Notes under the pieces: generated by a model | Told to the model about the DNA's origin: nothing | What the model saw: only the letters and a program-made list of their open reading frames with translations | The model's database searches: none | Shown: positions 10,381 through 20,874 of the stretch, in pieces | Numbering within the stretch: the first letter of the stretch is position 1 | Layout: each line of letters begins with the position of its first letter | Translations under genes and position numbers: made by a program | From: a virus | DNA: 64,000 bases | IMG/VR virus record: IMGVR_UViG_3300032323_003820 | Coordinates: 30,521-94,520 of that record | Reading direction: 5' to 3' (one strand)

Positions 10381-11103
10381 TTATTTTGATAAATAATCGG
10401 ATAATTTTTTCATTAAATCAATAGACTGGTTTACACTTGGAGCTGAAGTAATTTTATTCTTTTTTTCCTCCTCCAAATTTTCTTCATATTTTTCTCTCTC
10501 TGTAACGTCGTCAAAAAGATACGCTCCTGGTGTTGATGGCGAGGAAACTAAATCGAAACAAATTAATTCAAAATCTTCTTGTACTTCATTTCTTTCACCC
10601 ACTTTCTTTAGTGACCCAACCCCTCTCGAAGATATCCCCAAAGTAACTCCTTGTCTCAAAAGGTTTGCTGCAATGTCCCCTTTGGTTGTTACTACACCTC
10701 TTTCATGAAACCCTGGTGAAGTAAGTAATTTTAATTTACCCATTAAGATATTTCTATCCCACCATATGTCTGTAATTAAATGAGATACTCTGTCTAAGTC
10801 TATCAAAGAAGATTCAGGATGATTAAGTTCAGAAGTTGAGAGTCCTTTCTTAATTATTTGTTTATACTTCTCAGCTTCTCTTTTAAGTATTGGTTCAGGA
10901 TAGGTTCTACCATTTCTATTCGGGGTATTATATTTCTGTAATACTGCATAAAATTCAAAAGGGTTTCTATAATCTACATTCTTAGACTCATTCATGAACT
11001 TGAGGTTTATATCATCCAACGGAGATATATAACCCGCGTCCATTTCAACCAAAATTCCGAACCCTTGTTCGTGTGCTTCTAATATTCTAAGTTTTTTTTC
11101 CAT
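10381..11103 (-). CDS. Prohead protease (T4 gp21-like)
   Basis: NRNGRTYP, ELNHP, GISSRGVGS, FDLVSSPSTPGA. Confidence 0.93.
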   Translation of the reverse strand: MEKKLRILEAHEQGFGILVEMDAGYISPLDDINLKFMNESKNVDYRNPFEFYAVLQKYNTPNRNGRTYPEPILKREAEKYKQIIKKGLSTSELNHPESSLIDLDRVSHLITDIWWDRNILMGKLKLLTSPGFHERGVVTTKGDIAANLLRQGVTLGISSRGVGSLKKVGERNEVQEDFELICFDLVSSPSTPGAYLFDDVTEREKYEENLEEEKKNKITSAPSVNQSIDLMKKLSDYLSK

Positions 11104-11139
11104 TAACTTTTTTAAATAAATATTTGTTTTAAGTAATAC

Positions 11140-11568
11140 TTACTTTTTCGTCAAAGAAAAATCGAAATACTGATTGTCTAAGATATTAGTTTTTTGAATG
11201 CTACGGACAATTCTTTTTACAGAATCCTTAATTTCATTCGACTTGAAATCAAGTTCTTTGTCGAGATAAAGATTAATCTCTAAGTTAAAAAATGACTTTT
11301 TACCTGAAAAGATACCACTTGTCCTTAAGTCTAAATCTACAATCGAATTTTTACTAAATAAATTTGTATTGATTGAATCAAATACTGTGTGTTTTAGTTC
11401 TCTACTTAAATTACCAACAACTCTATTCCAATTTTCTAAGTCTTGTTTGGGTGATACCCATGATTGTATGTTAATGTAAAGTGATTTCAAGTTTTTGGAG
11501 TCTACCGTACCATATGAAGATTTGAACGAGTTTGATAAATTCATCTTCACATTTTTTCCTTTTTTCAT
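11140..11568 (-). CDS. Hypothetical protein in head module
   Basis: 142 aa ORF. Confidence 0.6.
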   Translation of the reverse strand: MKKGKNVKMNLSNSFKSSYGTVDSKNLKSLYINIQSWVSPKQDLENWNRVVGNLSRELKHTVFDSINTNLFSKNSIVDLDLRTSGIFSGKKSFFNLEINLYLDKELDFKSNEIKDSVKRIVRSIQKTNILDNQYFDFSLTKK

Positions 11569-11662
11569 CTATGAACCATATTTCCAAAGTTTATTTTTAA
11601 AAAGATAACACATAACTTTATCTATGTCAAAATTTTAAGAATAAACTATATATTTGTAATAT

Positions 11663-11848
11663 ATGTTGATAATAGAAATTAAAAATAATGGAGGGATAGA
11701 AAAAGCCCTGAAAACTTTGAAGTCTAAAGTAATTAAGACGAAGCAACAAAAATTACTTACGGAGAGAAAGGAGTATACTAAAAAGTCAGTCAAAGAAAGA
11801 AGTGAAAGACTTAAAGCAATATATGTTCAGAAAAAAAGAAACAATTAA
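11663..11848 (+). CDS. rpsU: Ribosomal protein bS21
   Basis: MLIIEIK..IEKALKTLKSK..ERKEYTKKSVK..KAIY; basic 61 aa. Confidence 0.88.
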   Translation: MLIIEIKNNGGIEKALKTLKSKVIKTKQQKLLTERKEYTKKSVKERSERLKAIYVQKKRNN

Positions 11849-12549
11849 ATTGATTCTTCAAGTTTTTTCAATCTCAAAAAATTAATTTGATTGAACTTGT
11901 CATTCTGAATTTTGTCTATTGTTTCTTGAATCTTTTGTTTAGTCTCCAAGTCAGTCTCGTTTTCCAAAACGGGAGAAAGTTTTTGTAAAGTTTTTTCTTT
12001 TAATGAATTGAACCTACTTTCTAAAGATTCACTATCTTCTTTAATTAATTCAAAAAATTCCTTTTTTGTATTTTCATCTAAAGATTCAATGTAATTTTGA
12101 ACTGTTTGATTAGCAACTCTAACCATCGTACTCAAAGGAATGTTGATTGGTTTCTGATTTTTAATCTCGGATTCACTGAGTGTTTTGTAAAGTTTTTTCT
12201 TTAAATTAACTCTTTCAGTCAAATCAATTTTCTTATTCAAATAAACCAAGTCATCAATATCCTGATATCTATTTTGAATTTTGGTTTCAGTCATCAACTT
12301 AGGTAATTTAATATGTTGTAGGAGTGATTGTATCATTTGTATTCCTTCGTTCACAAATTCTTTAGCATCTTGTTCATTCAAACCTTTTGGATTCGACAAC
12401 TCGTCATATAAAGAATATACTTTGGACAAATCTTTATTATTAAGAATATTCTGTTTGAATTCCATCAAACTTTTCTTGAAAGATTTTTCATCTTTATAAG
12501 ATTCTATTAAACTATTTTCTATTACCGATTTGATGAGCCCAAAAGTCAT
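11845..12549 (-). CDS. Head-associated hypothetical protein
   Basis: Helical K/E-rich, next to portal, TATTTAT at 12567-12573. Confidence 0.55.
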   Translation of the reverse strand: MTFGLIKSVIENSLIESYKDEKSFKKSLMEFKQNILNNKDLSKVYSLYDELSNPKGLNEQDAKEFVNEGIQMIQSLLQHIKLPKLMTETKIQNRYQDIDDLVYLNKKIDLTERVNLKKKLYKTLSESEIKNQKPINIPLSTMVRVANQTVQNYIESLDENTKKEFFELIKEDSESLESRFNSLKEKTLQKLSPVLENETDLETKQKIQETIDKIQNDKFNQINFLRLKKLEESI

Positions 12550-12573
12550 ATATTTGTGATTTGAATATAAATA

Positions 12574-14403
12574 TTACGAATTTAATAACTTATCTAATTC
12601 TTTTTCGATTTCACCTAAAGAATCTTGTCCTTGGTTAAGTTCAAGGTAAGTATCACCTTTAAAAATGTTATTTTCTACTAAAATATTCATTCTTTCATCT
12701 TGTCCCTCAGGTGTCACTCCAGCAGGTGCAGTAATCTCGCCTTCAGGTTGTGGTTCAGGTGCTGGTGGTATAGTTGGTTCTTCCGTACCCGCAAATGCAC
12801 CACCTAATTCAGGGGCTGCACCTGCAGTTGCCGCTGTTGGAGTAGAACCACTCGATTGAGAATACAACTTATCGATAGTATCAAATAATCCAGTTTTACT
12901 TATAACTGTTGGTGTTTGTTTGAGTTCTTCACCGATTGCCCTTTCCAACCTTTGTTGCATCAAATCTACTTTGATTTCTTCATCAGACCAACCAAATATA
13001 TGTTTCTTCGCCCATGTACTTGAGGTTGGTTGAATTCCATTTCCTGGGTCTAATACCAAATCTTTATACAGAAGGACTTTTTCTTTCCAAACATCTATCT
13101 TTAATAAATCTGCCTGAGTAGAAGGATTAGTCAATCCAAGTGTGAAGTTAGAAATCTCATCTTCAAATCCCAAAAGAAACAAATGAACAATTGCAATCTT
13201 GTTCAATTCCTGAATCATACTTTTTTGAATTCTATTTATAGTTCTTGCAAAACGAATGTCTTGAAGTGATAGGTTTTTACCATCACCAACTACTTGCTCA
13301 AATCCCAAGAAAGCTTTCGGAACACGAAGTGCGGTCAGAAGTTTTTTCTGAATATATTCAATATCGGCAATTTCTGATAGGTTTTGTGCCCCTGCCAAAG
13401 TTTCAATTGGACTTGGAGCTGCAGGGTCTCTCACAGGAACAAAATAATCTTGGTCCACTGCCATTTGATTGAACCTTAAATCTACGTTACCCGTTTTAGA
13501 ATCAACAACTTGTTGCCTTTTAAATTTATCTGCAACACGATTTACATATGCTTCAACATCATTGTCATCCATGTTTCCAACAAAAATCTTGAAAATTCTT
13601 CTTTCAGGTGCTCTTGATGTTCTATAAATCATCATAGCATCCTCAGATAAAAGTAATTGTTTCCAAATTCTTCTAGCCTTTTCTAACATTGATGTTCCGT
13701 ATGGAAGTTTTCTATCATCACCAAGTAATCTGAAGTGACCAACTTCCCACGTTTGAAATGTCATGTTTTTAGATTTCCATTCAAAAGTTAAAGCTTTTTT
13801 TGCTTCAGCTTTCCCTAAATTGACCGCATTTTTATCGGTAACCCCGATTTCATGTCTTTCAATTTCTATGTTTGGTAATTGTTGACATCCTACAATACCC
13901 TTTTCGGGGTCTAATTTAAGATAAATAAAATTATCACCGAACTTACAAGTATTTCTTGTCCACATCGGTAAATTTGTGTTGATATCGAGTGTATTATTGA
14001 ACAAATCTGCCAAAACCGCTTTTATTCTTTTCGATTCAGAATAAATTTGTAACATAAACCCATCTTCATTTACCGTAGTAGATTCCTCGGCATATATGTC
14101 CAAAGCTGCAGATATTTCTGGCGTATACTCCATGGACTCATAATCATACGTAGCCGAAAGTCTTGAAGGTTCGTAAAATATTGCTTGAGTATATAGATTG
14201 TTTTCAACTTTAGCCCATTGATTTGCGATATAATAAGTTTGTTGAGCTTGTAGTTTTTCTCTTTCGTATTCTCCTCTATCTTGTGTTCTTAATAATTCTT
14301 TTTTGTCGAATTTAAAAGTTGGGTAATCCTGACCCAAAAGAGAATTTGGACCAAATGCTTTACCTAATCTTTGCCAAATCGTCAGATTGTTATTTTCCGC
14401 CAT
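12574..14403 (-). CDS. Portal protein (T4 gp20-like)
   Basis: PEISAALDIY, EDAMMIYRTSRAPERRIF, DIEYIQKKL, DIRFARTI. Confidence 0.95.
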   Translation of the reverse strand: MAENNNLTIWQRLGKAFGPNSLLGQDYPTFKFDKKELLRTQDRGEYEREKLQAQQTYYIANQWAKVENNLYTQAIFYEPSRLSATYDYESMEYTPEISAALDIYAEESTTVNEDGFMLQIYSESKRIKAVLADLFNNTLDINTNLPMWTRNTCKFGDNFIYLKLDPEKGIVGCQQLPNIEIERHEIGVTDKNAVNLGKAEAKKALTFEWKSKNMTFQTWEVGHFRLLGDDRKLPYGTSMLEKARRIWKQLLLSEDAMMIYRTSRAPERRIFKIFVGNMDDNDVEAYVNRVADKFKRQQVVDSKTGNVDLRFNQMAVDQDYFVPVRDPAAPSPIETLAGAQNLSEIADIEYIQKKLLTALRVPKAFLGFEQVVGDGKNLSLQDIRFARTINRIQKSMIQELNKIAIVHLFLLGFEDEISNFTLGLTNPSTQADLLKIDVWKEKVLLYKDLVLDPGNGIQPTSSTWAKKHIFGWSDEEIKVDLMQQRLERAIGEELKQTPTVISKTGLFDTIDKLYSQSSGSTPTAATAGAAPELGGAFAGTEEPTIPPAPEPQPEGEITAPAGVTPEGQDERMNILVENNIFKGDTYLELNQGQDSLGEIEKELDKLLNS

Positions 14404-14443
14404 TTTACAATTTTAGTTTTACCTATTGATAATATAAATAGTT

Positions 14444-16201
14444 CTAATTAGTAAACAACCATCTATATTTCTCATAGTCATCTCTGGACGGTCCTTGGTT
14501 TGGAAAATGTTGTCTTTTTTGGTCTGTTTGAGGCATCATTGGATTGAAAAATTGTGATGAGTTTTTGTTCTCATTTATCGAAGTTGCCCAAGAATCAATC
14601 ATTGCCTTTGTATGATTCAAATTTTTTGTAAGTTTTTGAAAAGATTTTTCTGCAACATATGTTGCCATAGATATGCCCATGATACAATCGTCATGATGTC
14701 CCTTTTGATGGTCAGGTCTTCCATTAATATAAACAAAGGTATTCATTTCGTTATATAATCTGTGAGACCTAACTTTAAATCCATGTCGAACATTTTCTTC
14801 AAACGACGCAATAATTTGGACTCTTTTACTATTGAAATTTATTCCAGGTATTTTTTCGTTAATTTTAGGGTCCCATTTCCATTTGTTCGCAGTATCTACC
14901 GTATCAACATACAGTCCTTTGTAGTTTAATTCTTGTAATTTTCTTGCCGTTGCCACTCCCATACCACCTGTAAGGTCAACAACACAAAATGCGTCATACA
15001 TGGTTCCCCACTTATACGCTATTTCAGCAACAACATCTGGTGGTACTTTAGCAACGTATTCTAAAACTTGTTCATTCTCATCGAAATCGATAATTTCTAT
15101 GCAAGAAAAATCTTCTGAGTCCCCTCTCGATACATCTACTCCCATAATGTACTTGTGTCCGACAACAGGTTCTTTCCAAATCCATAGAGCTCCACCCATC
15201 AGTTTAGCTCCGGGTTCTTGGAGTGTATTTTGTGCAATATTTTGAAGTATTTCAGATTCAAAGACGTTATCACCTGAACCCAAAAAGTTACACTCTAATT
15301 CCTGAGCAACTTTTCTTCTATCATACTTCAATTTTTTTACCATCCCCTCAAACCAAGAAGAACATGGTTTATATCCTTGTTTAATGTAATCTGTGACAAC
15401 AGAATGGTCACGTTCATAAGGGTTTGCAACTGAAAGACTTATGACCGCATCTGTTGAATATTCTTCTTTGTTTAATAAAAAATGAACCAAATCATTTGTT
15501 TTGACCATGTACAAATCTTTTGTATACCTTGGGTCTCGATACCAAAACATCTCAGATATTTTGAAATCGTTCATACTTCTCAAGGCTTGGTCGTATATCT
15601 CATAATAAATCGGGTCATACCCATTCGGTGTAGAAACAACAATAACTTTACCACCTGTAGAAAGTGATGCCATACATGCCGACCAAAAATCACCGTCAGC
15701 ATCTATGAACGCAGCTTCATCGAAAATAAGAATTGTTGGAGTATAACCTCTCAAAGCATCCTTTGATGTTGCCACCGCTTTTACTTCACAATCATTCGTT
15801 AGTTTGAAATGTCTTTGAGAATTTTTTTCTTGTGAAAAACCAACACCAACCCAAGCCGGCCATTGTTCTGTGAATGACCTAATCTTGTTTGCCATTTCCA
15901 TCGAAGTATCCAACTTGTTCGCAATTATCAGAACCTTTTCAGGTTTTTGTTTTTTTGCGAAGACTAGTTTTTTTGACGCCCAAGCGGCAGTAACTGTAGA
16001 AACACCTGCCTGTCTATATTTGAGGGCAATGTTTTCGTTAAAATTTTCGTAGTCTTCTATTAATGAAACTTGGTCAGGAAACAAATCTAAAGGGACATAC
16101 TTAGAAACCGTGTTATCATAGGTTTGTAAGTATGTCCTTAATGCGTATGGTGTATTTCTGATACATTTAGTAACCTCAATAATTAATTGTTCTTTGGTCA
16201 C
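14444..16201 (-). CDS. Terminase large subunit (T4 gp17-like)
   Basis: KYRQAGVST Walker A variant, LIFDEAAF, VSTPNG, MGVDVSRG, HDDCIM nuclease motifs. Confidence 0.95.
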   Translation of the reverse strand: MTKEQLIIEVTKCIRNTPYALRTYLQTYDNTVSKYVPLDLFPDQVSLIEDYENFNENIALKYRQAGVSTVTAAWASKKLVFAKKQKPEKVLIIANKLDTSMEMANKIRSFTEQWPAWVGVGFSQEKNSQRHFKLTNDCEVKAVATSKDALRGYTPTILIFDEAAFIDADGDFWSACMASLSTGGKVIVVSTPNGYDPIYYEIYDQALRSMNDFKISEMFWYRDPRYTKDLYMVKTNDLVHFLLNKEEYSTDAVISLSVANPYERDHSVVTDYIKQGYKPCSSWFEGMVKKLKYDRRKVAQELECNFLGSGDNVFESEILQNIAQNTLQEPGAKLMGGALWIWKEPVVGHKYIMGVDVSRGDSEDFSCIEIIDFDENEQVLEYVAKVPPDVVAEIAYKWGTMYDAFCVVDLTGGMGVATARKLQELNYKGLYVDTVDTANKWKWDPKINEKIPGINFNSKRVQIIASFEENVRHGFKVRSHRLYNEMNTFVYINGRPDHQKGHHDDCIMGISMATYVAEKSFQKLTKNLNHTKAMIDSWATSINENKNSSQFFNPMMPQTDQKRQHFPNQGPSRDDYEKYRWLFTN

Positions 16202-16210
16202 AAATTTTTT

Positions 16211-17521
16211 TTAAGTTAGGGATATTCCCAATCCACCCAAGAAATCTTTGAGGTCGTCATCATCATCGTTAACGTCATCAGAGTCAGGTTCTTCACCCTT
16301 ACTTTCTTTATAAGAATCGTACTCTTCTTTCATTTTCATAGCCTCTTTCATCAACTCTTCAAATCTTTTTGTGGCTTTTTTATTTTTTGATTCATCGGTA
16401 GAAATTACATCACCAATTACATTCAAAAATTCCTTGGCTTCTAACATGTATAATTGTACTTTGAACCAATTTATTAATCCTTTATTTGAATCATTAAACA
16501 TCTCATCAGGTAAGACCATTCTAAGTTTTTCAACTATTTCTGGACCTATTCTGAGTTGCATTGGTTCGTTCGATAATAAATCTGTCTGACCCATTACTTT
16601 TTGTGCCAACTCGGTATCTTGAGGTAAACCATGTCTTCCTGCAGACTCTTCAATACCTTTGATAACTTCATGACAAAGAATAGGGAAAATTAAACCATCT
16701 GCAACAATTTTTGTATCAGGTTTTTCCTCACCTTCTTCACCACCACCTTCTTCATCGTCTGAATCATTGTCTTGAAGTTCAACTTTACCAGCAACACCAT
16801 TTCCAGTTTGACTCATCATTTCAATCATTTGTTCCATAGTGAAATAAAGAAAATCATTGATTGCCATAATACCTAAATAAGCAGGATACAATCTTGTATC
16901 AATTCTATCTAATTCTGCTCTTATTTCAGGTTTTTGAAATATGTAATGACCTTTTTTAGCAGCACCTTGGATGATGGCGTTTATGATATTTCTTTTGTGT
17001 TTTTCTAATTCAAATATTTCCTCATCTGTCAAATCCTCAACCTCAAATGATGGAATTTCTAATTTATTTTCTTCATCATCATCTTCATCTTCCTTTTCTT
17101 CTTCAGGTTGGTATCTGAAGTTAGAAACATCTATTGGTTGTCTGTTCAACCTTGCAACTATCTCATACCAATCACTCGGTACTTCAGTTTCTTCTAAACA
17201 CGCCTCTATCGCCAAGTTTTCCAACTCTTCTCTATGTCTACCCTCGATTTGCATTATCGTTGGTACTTTAGACATCATCTCCCTATAAATCATTGCTTGG
17301 ACCTGTTGCGAACTAATATTTTGATTTCCTGTAACCTCTTTCAACTTATCGGCAACTTTACCAAATCTTGAACTTACTAATCTCTGCACATCATCAGAAC
17401 CCTTTTTGAATGAAGGATTGTCAGAATAAATGTTTTCACCTGACCTTAATTTTCTTTCTAAATTAGGGTCCATCCTTTCAGGTCTATTTCCGTAATCTAT
17501 TTGTTCTTTTATTTTAGCCAT
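16211..17521 (-). CDS. Hypothetical late protein
   Basis: 436 aa, acidic tracts, MAKIKEQ start. Confidence 0.6.
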   Translation of the reverse strand: MAKIKEQIDYGNRPERMDPNLERKLRSGENIYSDNPSFKKGSDDVQRLVSSRFGKVADKLKEVTGNQNISSQQVQAMIYREMMSKVPTIMQIEGRHREELENLAIEACLEETEVPSDWYEIVARLNRQPIDVSNFRYQPEEEKEDEDDDEENKLEIPSFEVEDLTDEEIFELEKHKRNIINAIIQGAAKKGHYIFQKPEIRAELDRIDTRLYPAYLGIMAINDFLYFTMEQMIEMMSQTGNGVAGKVELQDNDSDDEEGGGEEGEEKPDTKIVADGLIFPILCHEVIKGIEESAGRHGLPQDTELAQKVMGQTDLLSNEPMQLRIGPEIVEKLRMVLPDEMFNDSNKGLINWFKVQLYMLEAKEFLNVIGDVISTDESKNKKATKRFEELMKEAMKMKEEYDSYKESKGEEPDSDDVNDDDDDLKDFLGGLGISLT

Positions 17522-18341
17522 TTTTCAAAATTTTTACTATAGCATCTATCACTGCAGATTTAGCTTCCTCAGGATTTTTAGCCTTCGGAGCAGGATTAAC
17601 TTTTGGATTAGGATTTCTACCTGGATGACCAGGTTTTATTTTTGGTGGATTTTTGGTACCGGGCTTGGGTTCTTTGACACCTGGTTTTGGTGCGACTTTT
17701 GGTTCCGCCTCAACCAAATAGTTCATTAAATCCTTCTTTGTAATTTTAGGTGGTAAGTGTGATTCTACAAGTTTCATAATTTTTTCCTCCAAAAACAAAG
17801 ATACGGGATTTTTTCCTTCTCCTAATTGTTTTTTTACTTGTTTAACACATCTTTCCCATTTTCTCGATTTTTTTGGTCCTACTTGAGAATGACAAATAGC
17901 CCATGCATTATTTTCCTTTTTCGATTCTGTCATACCAACAGAACTCAAATTTTTGTTTTTTGGGTTAGTATCATCATCCATACCATCATCAGCTTCGTCG
18001 CTTTGGTCTTCGGGTGGCAATTGACCATTAACTTTTTGAGTTAAGTCTTGTTGCACCAAATAATCGTCGTCATCTTCATTTACCTCTTCGGTTGGAGTTG
18101 CCTTAATCCCTGTTGCTGTTTTTTGTATTGATAACTTTTTTCCTGCTTCCGTGGGTGGTAATGTTACACCTTTCTCGGCATCTGCCGTCGGAATATTATA
18201 AGAAGTTGTTGTTGTTTGTGTAATTGCTTCTCCTAATAATTTTGAATGTAAAATAGAAATTTGCCCTTCATTAAGTTTTGATACTGTTTTGGAGGACAAC
18301 CCTTTTTCAATTAGTTCTAAGGCTTTTTTATTAACTTTCAT
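17514..18341 (-). CDS. Putative internal head protein
   Basis: LxE sites, NAWAIC..WERCV module, Pro/Lys-rich tail; likely start 18341. Confidence 0.5.
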   Translation of the reverse strand: MKVNKKALELIEKGLSSKTVSKLNEGQISILHSKLLGEAITQTTTTSYNIPTADAEKGVTLPPTEAGKKLSIQKTATGIKATPTEEVNEDDDDYLVQQDLTQKVNGQLPPEDQSDEADDGMDDDTNPKNKNLSSVGMTESKKENNAWAICHSQVGPKKSRKWERCVKQVKKQLGEGKNPVSLFLEEKIMKLVESHLPPKITKKDLMNYLVEAEPKVAPKPGVKEPKPGTKNPPKIKPGHPGRNPNPKVNPAPKAKNPEEAKSAVIDAIVKILKNG

Positions 18342-18726
18342 ATACAACCTTTTTTTCAAATTCAAGAATTAAATCATTCTCGTATAATTTATCTTTGATA
18401 TCTTTTTCGGTTTCTCCGAAACGAAACACTAGTCTTTTTTTGTGAGTTTCATCTTCCTTTTCCCAAGCCATTGCAACAACATCGTCCATTGCATCGACCA
18501 TTGAAAAATAATCGGAGTTCTGAATCAACTCCAATTTTAACTCGGTGTTTTTCAGAACTCCTACTCTTTTAATATATTTCAACTCTGGTGGATGTGGGTA
18601 TGAATTTGATGGTTTACTTTCCCAAGATTCTCCCCAAACATCCGTAGTATCAGAAAAAATAAATTCGTATAAATTATCTCCTTTATAATCAGGACCAAGT
18701 CCATTTATAAAAATTAAATAACTCAT
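18331..18726 (-). CDS. Hypothetical protein
   Basis: 131 aa, translationally coupled in operon. Confidence 0.65.
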   Translation of the reverse strand: MSYLIFINGLGPDYKGDNLYEFIFSDTTDVWGESWESKPSNSYPHPPELKYIKRVGVLKNTELKLELIQNSDYFSMVDAMDDVVAMAWEKEDETHKKRLVFRFGETEKDIKDKLYENDLILEFEKKVVYES

Positions 18727-19952
18727 ATAACAAATCCCTCAGGAGAAATTTTCACTTGTCCTGATTTATTTTCAAATACTAAGTTTTTCTTGTTAGTTTT
18801 ACCTAAGAAAATATATGATTTATTTTCTTGTAAAAATTTTTTAGAAGAAAGTTCTTGTTCTATTGTTTCGCTTAAGTTCTCAATTGATTTAACTTTCTTG
18901 GCAAACTCAGATTTTCTTTTAATTTCTTCATTTACCATCTTTTCTTTTTTATCTTTCTTTTCAGAATCAGACATTTCAAAATACTTTGAAATAACCTTAT
19001 CAATTTTTGATTCACTAAAGATACTATCTAAGATTGTATCATGAATAGATGATTCACCCATTTCTTGGTCAACTGCAACATCCATATCTGCCTGTACATC
19101 TTCTACTTCAGAATCTCCAGTAATGTCTTCTGAACCCATATCTTCCATGTCCACATCCATTTCATCACTTTCCTCATCACTTTCAAACTTAGAAAGAACG
19201 TCTTCTTTATCTTCATCATTGAGTTGGTTCAAATCAACAGCAGAAATTACCATGTTTAAAACATATTTGATATTTTCAGAAGTCAAACCTTTTTCTTGTT
19301 CATACTCTCTGATTTTCTGAGTTAACTTTCCTGTCAGTTTTTGAATTGATTTGAAAGTAACAATATCCGCGTTTTCACCCCCTTGACCCATGTCATCCAC
19401 CGGCATTTCTTCTGCACCCATGTCATCCACCGGCATTTCTTCTGCAGGTAAATCAGCATCATCAGATGGTGGTAAAGCTTCAGGCGAATCTGGCAACTGT
19501 GGTTCAGGAACCGCAGGTGGCTCTGCTGGTGGGGCTGCAGGCTCATCCATCATTGGTTCGTCCATTGCGGGTTGTGGTGTTTTTAAGACAAACTTTTTTT
19601 GTTCACCGAACAAACTAATTTCTTCGTCCTGTCCGTTAATTCTATTAGATTCTTTGATAATTAAATTTAATCTTTTCAAAGCCTGAGAATATGAATTATA
19701 ATATTTCCTATTTCTCATAGGTTCGATATAATCAACCTCTGATTCTGAAATATTTTTTTTGATTACATATCCCATTTTTTCTCTAACAATTTGATACCCA
19801 CTTCCATCAGATACATTTATTGAATATTCTGTAGTACTGAGAGTATTTGTTTCTGATTTAGGAACTTCATTATATCTGGCAATCTCCATGATTCTGTTCA
19901 ACTTCTCTTGACCAGTTAATTTTTCACTTCCTAACGGTTTTAATTTTCCCAT
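18723..19952 (-). CDS. Acidic putative head core protein
   Basis: Low-complexity D/E/P tracts, AEEMPVDDMG duplication, multiple xSE/xxE sites. Confidence 0.55.
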   Translation of the reverse strand: MGKLKPLGSEKLTGQEKLNRIMEIARYNEVPKSETNTLSTTEYSINVSDGSGYQIVREKMGYVIKKNISESEVDYIEPMRNRKYYNSYSQALKRLNLIIKESNRINGQDEEISLFGEQKKFVLKTPQPAMDEPMMDEPAAPPAEPPAVPEPQLPDSPEALPPSDDADLPAEEMPVDDMGAEEMPVDDMGQGGENADIVTFKSIQKLTGKLTQKIREYEQEKGLTSENIKYVLNMVISAVDLNQLNDEDKEDVLSKFESDEESDEMDVDMEDMGSEDITGDSEVEDVQADMDVAVDQEMGESSIHDTILDSIFSESKIDKVISKYFEMSDSEKKDKKEKMVNEEIKRKSEFAKKVKSIENLSETIEQELSSKKFLQENKSYIFLGKTNKKNLVFENKSGQVKISPEGFVI

Positions 19953-19976
19953 TTTATAGTGTTATTTTTTTTATTT

Positions 19977-20825
19977 TTAGTTATTTAATCCGTTAAATCC
20001 ACCTAATTTTACCGCACTTAAATCAATAACCCAACCTCTCGTTCCTTCAACGTAAGCTTCAGGATGAGGAACATCCCCCAAACTTGCATCCCATGTACCA
20101 CCACTGAAACTACCTTCCATCTGATTTGTATATTCATACTGTACGTTAACGTAGGTTGTACCAATACTTGTCAAACTTGGTGTTATTGTAGGTGTTGGTG
20201 TTGGGGTTGAGGTCTTGGTTGGTGTTGGGGTTGAGGTCTTGGTTGGTGTTGGGGTATTTGATGATGTAACTGTTGGAGTTACTGTTCTTGTTGGAGTCAC
20301 ACTTGGTGTTATACTTGGTGTTGGAGTATTAGTTGAGGTAACTGTTGGAGTTACGGTTCTTGTTGGTGTTGGAGTTGCGGTTTTTGTTGGTGTTGGAGTA
20401 TTTGTTGATGTTACTGTAGGAGTTACCGTTCTTGTTGGCGTAATACTTGGTGTTGGAGTTGCAGTTTTTGTTGGTGTGGGTGTGCGAGTTGTAGTTACAG
20501 ATGGTGTCGGAGTTCTTGTTGTAGTTGGTGTAATTGACGGGGTTACTGTAGGAGTTACTGTTGGAGTTGGTGTTGGTGTTGGGGTGGGATTTGCATTCAA
20601 ACATGTTTGACAATCTCCATAATTGGTACCTAAAGGACCTGAAACTTCGTCCACTCCTGTTGCAGGTTCTGCTGTATCCACAATTTCATAACAACCTCTA
20701 GCAGTTGCTCCTGTAAAAATAAGATAATAATTACCACCAACCACAGGTAACGTGGTTGAACTGAATTCAACATTTAATGCTGACCCTCCAGAACATGGGG
20801 CTACGAGATATGTGACTAAAGCCAT
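19977..20825 (-). CDS. Thr/Pro-rich (mucin-like) virion surface protein
   Basis: Cys-containing N-domain followed by about 140 aa of TP repeats; TATTTAT at 20840-20846. Confidence 0.6.
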   Translation of the reverse strand: MALVTYLVAPCSGGSALNVEFSSTTLPVVGGNYYLIFTGATARGCYEIVDTAEPATGVDEVSGPLGTNYGDCQTCLNANPTPTPTPTPTVTPTVTPSITPTTTRTPTPSVTTTRTPTPTKTATPTPSITPTRTVTPTVTSTNTPTPTKTATPTPTRTVTPTVTSTNTPTPSITPSVTPTRTVTPTVTSSNTPTPTKTSTPTPTKTSTPTPTPTITPSLTSIGTTYVNVQYEYTNQMEGSFSGGTWDASLGDVPHPEAYVEGTRGWVIDLSAVKLGGFNGLNN

Positions 20826-20874
20826 TTAATTTTTTCTTTATAAATATACGAAACCACGAAATAAGTAGAAAATA

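Noticed and set aside
20215-20610. Val/Gly-rich plus-strand ORF
   Set aside because: Antisense shadow of the Thr-Pro repeat gene
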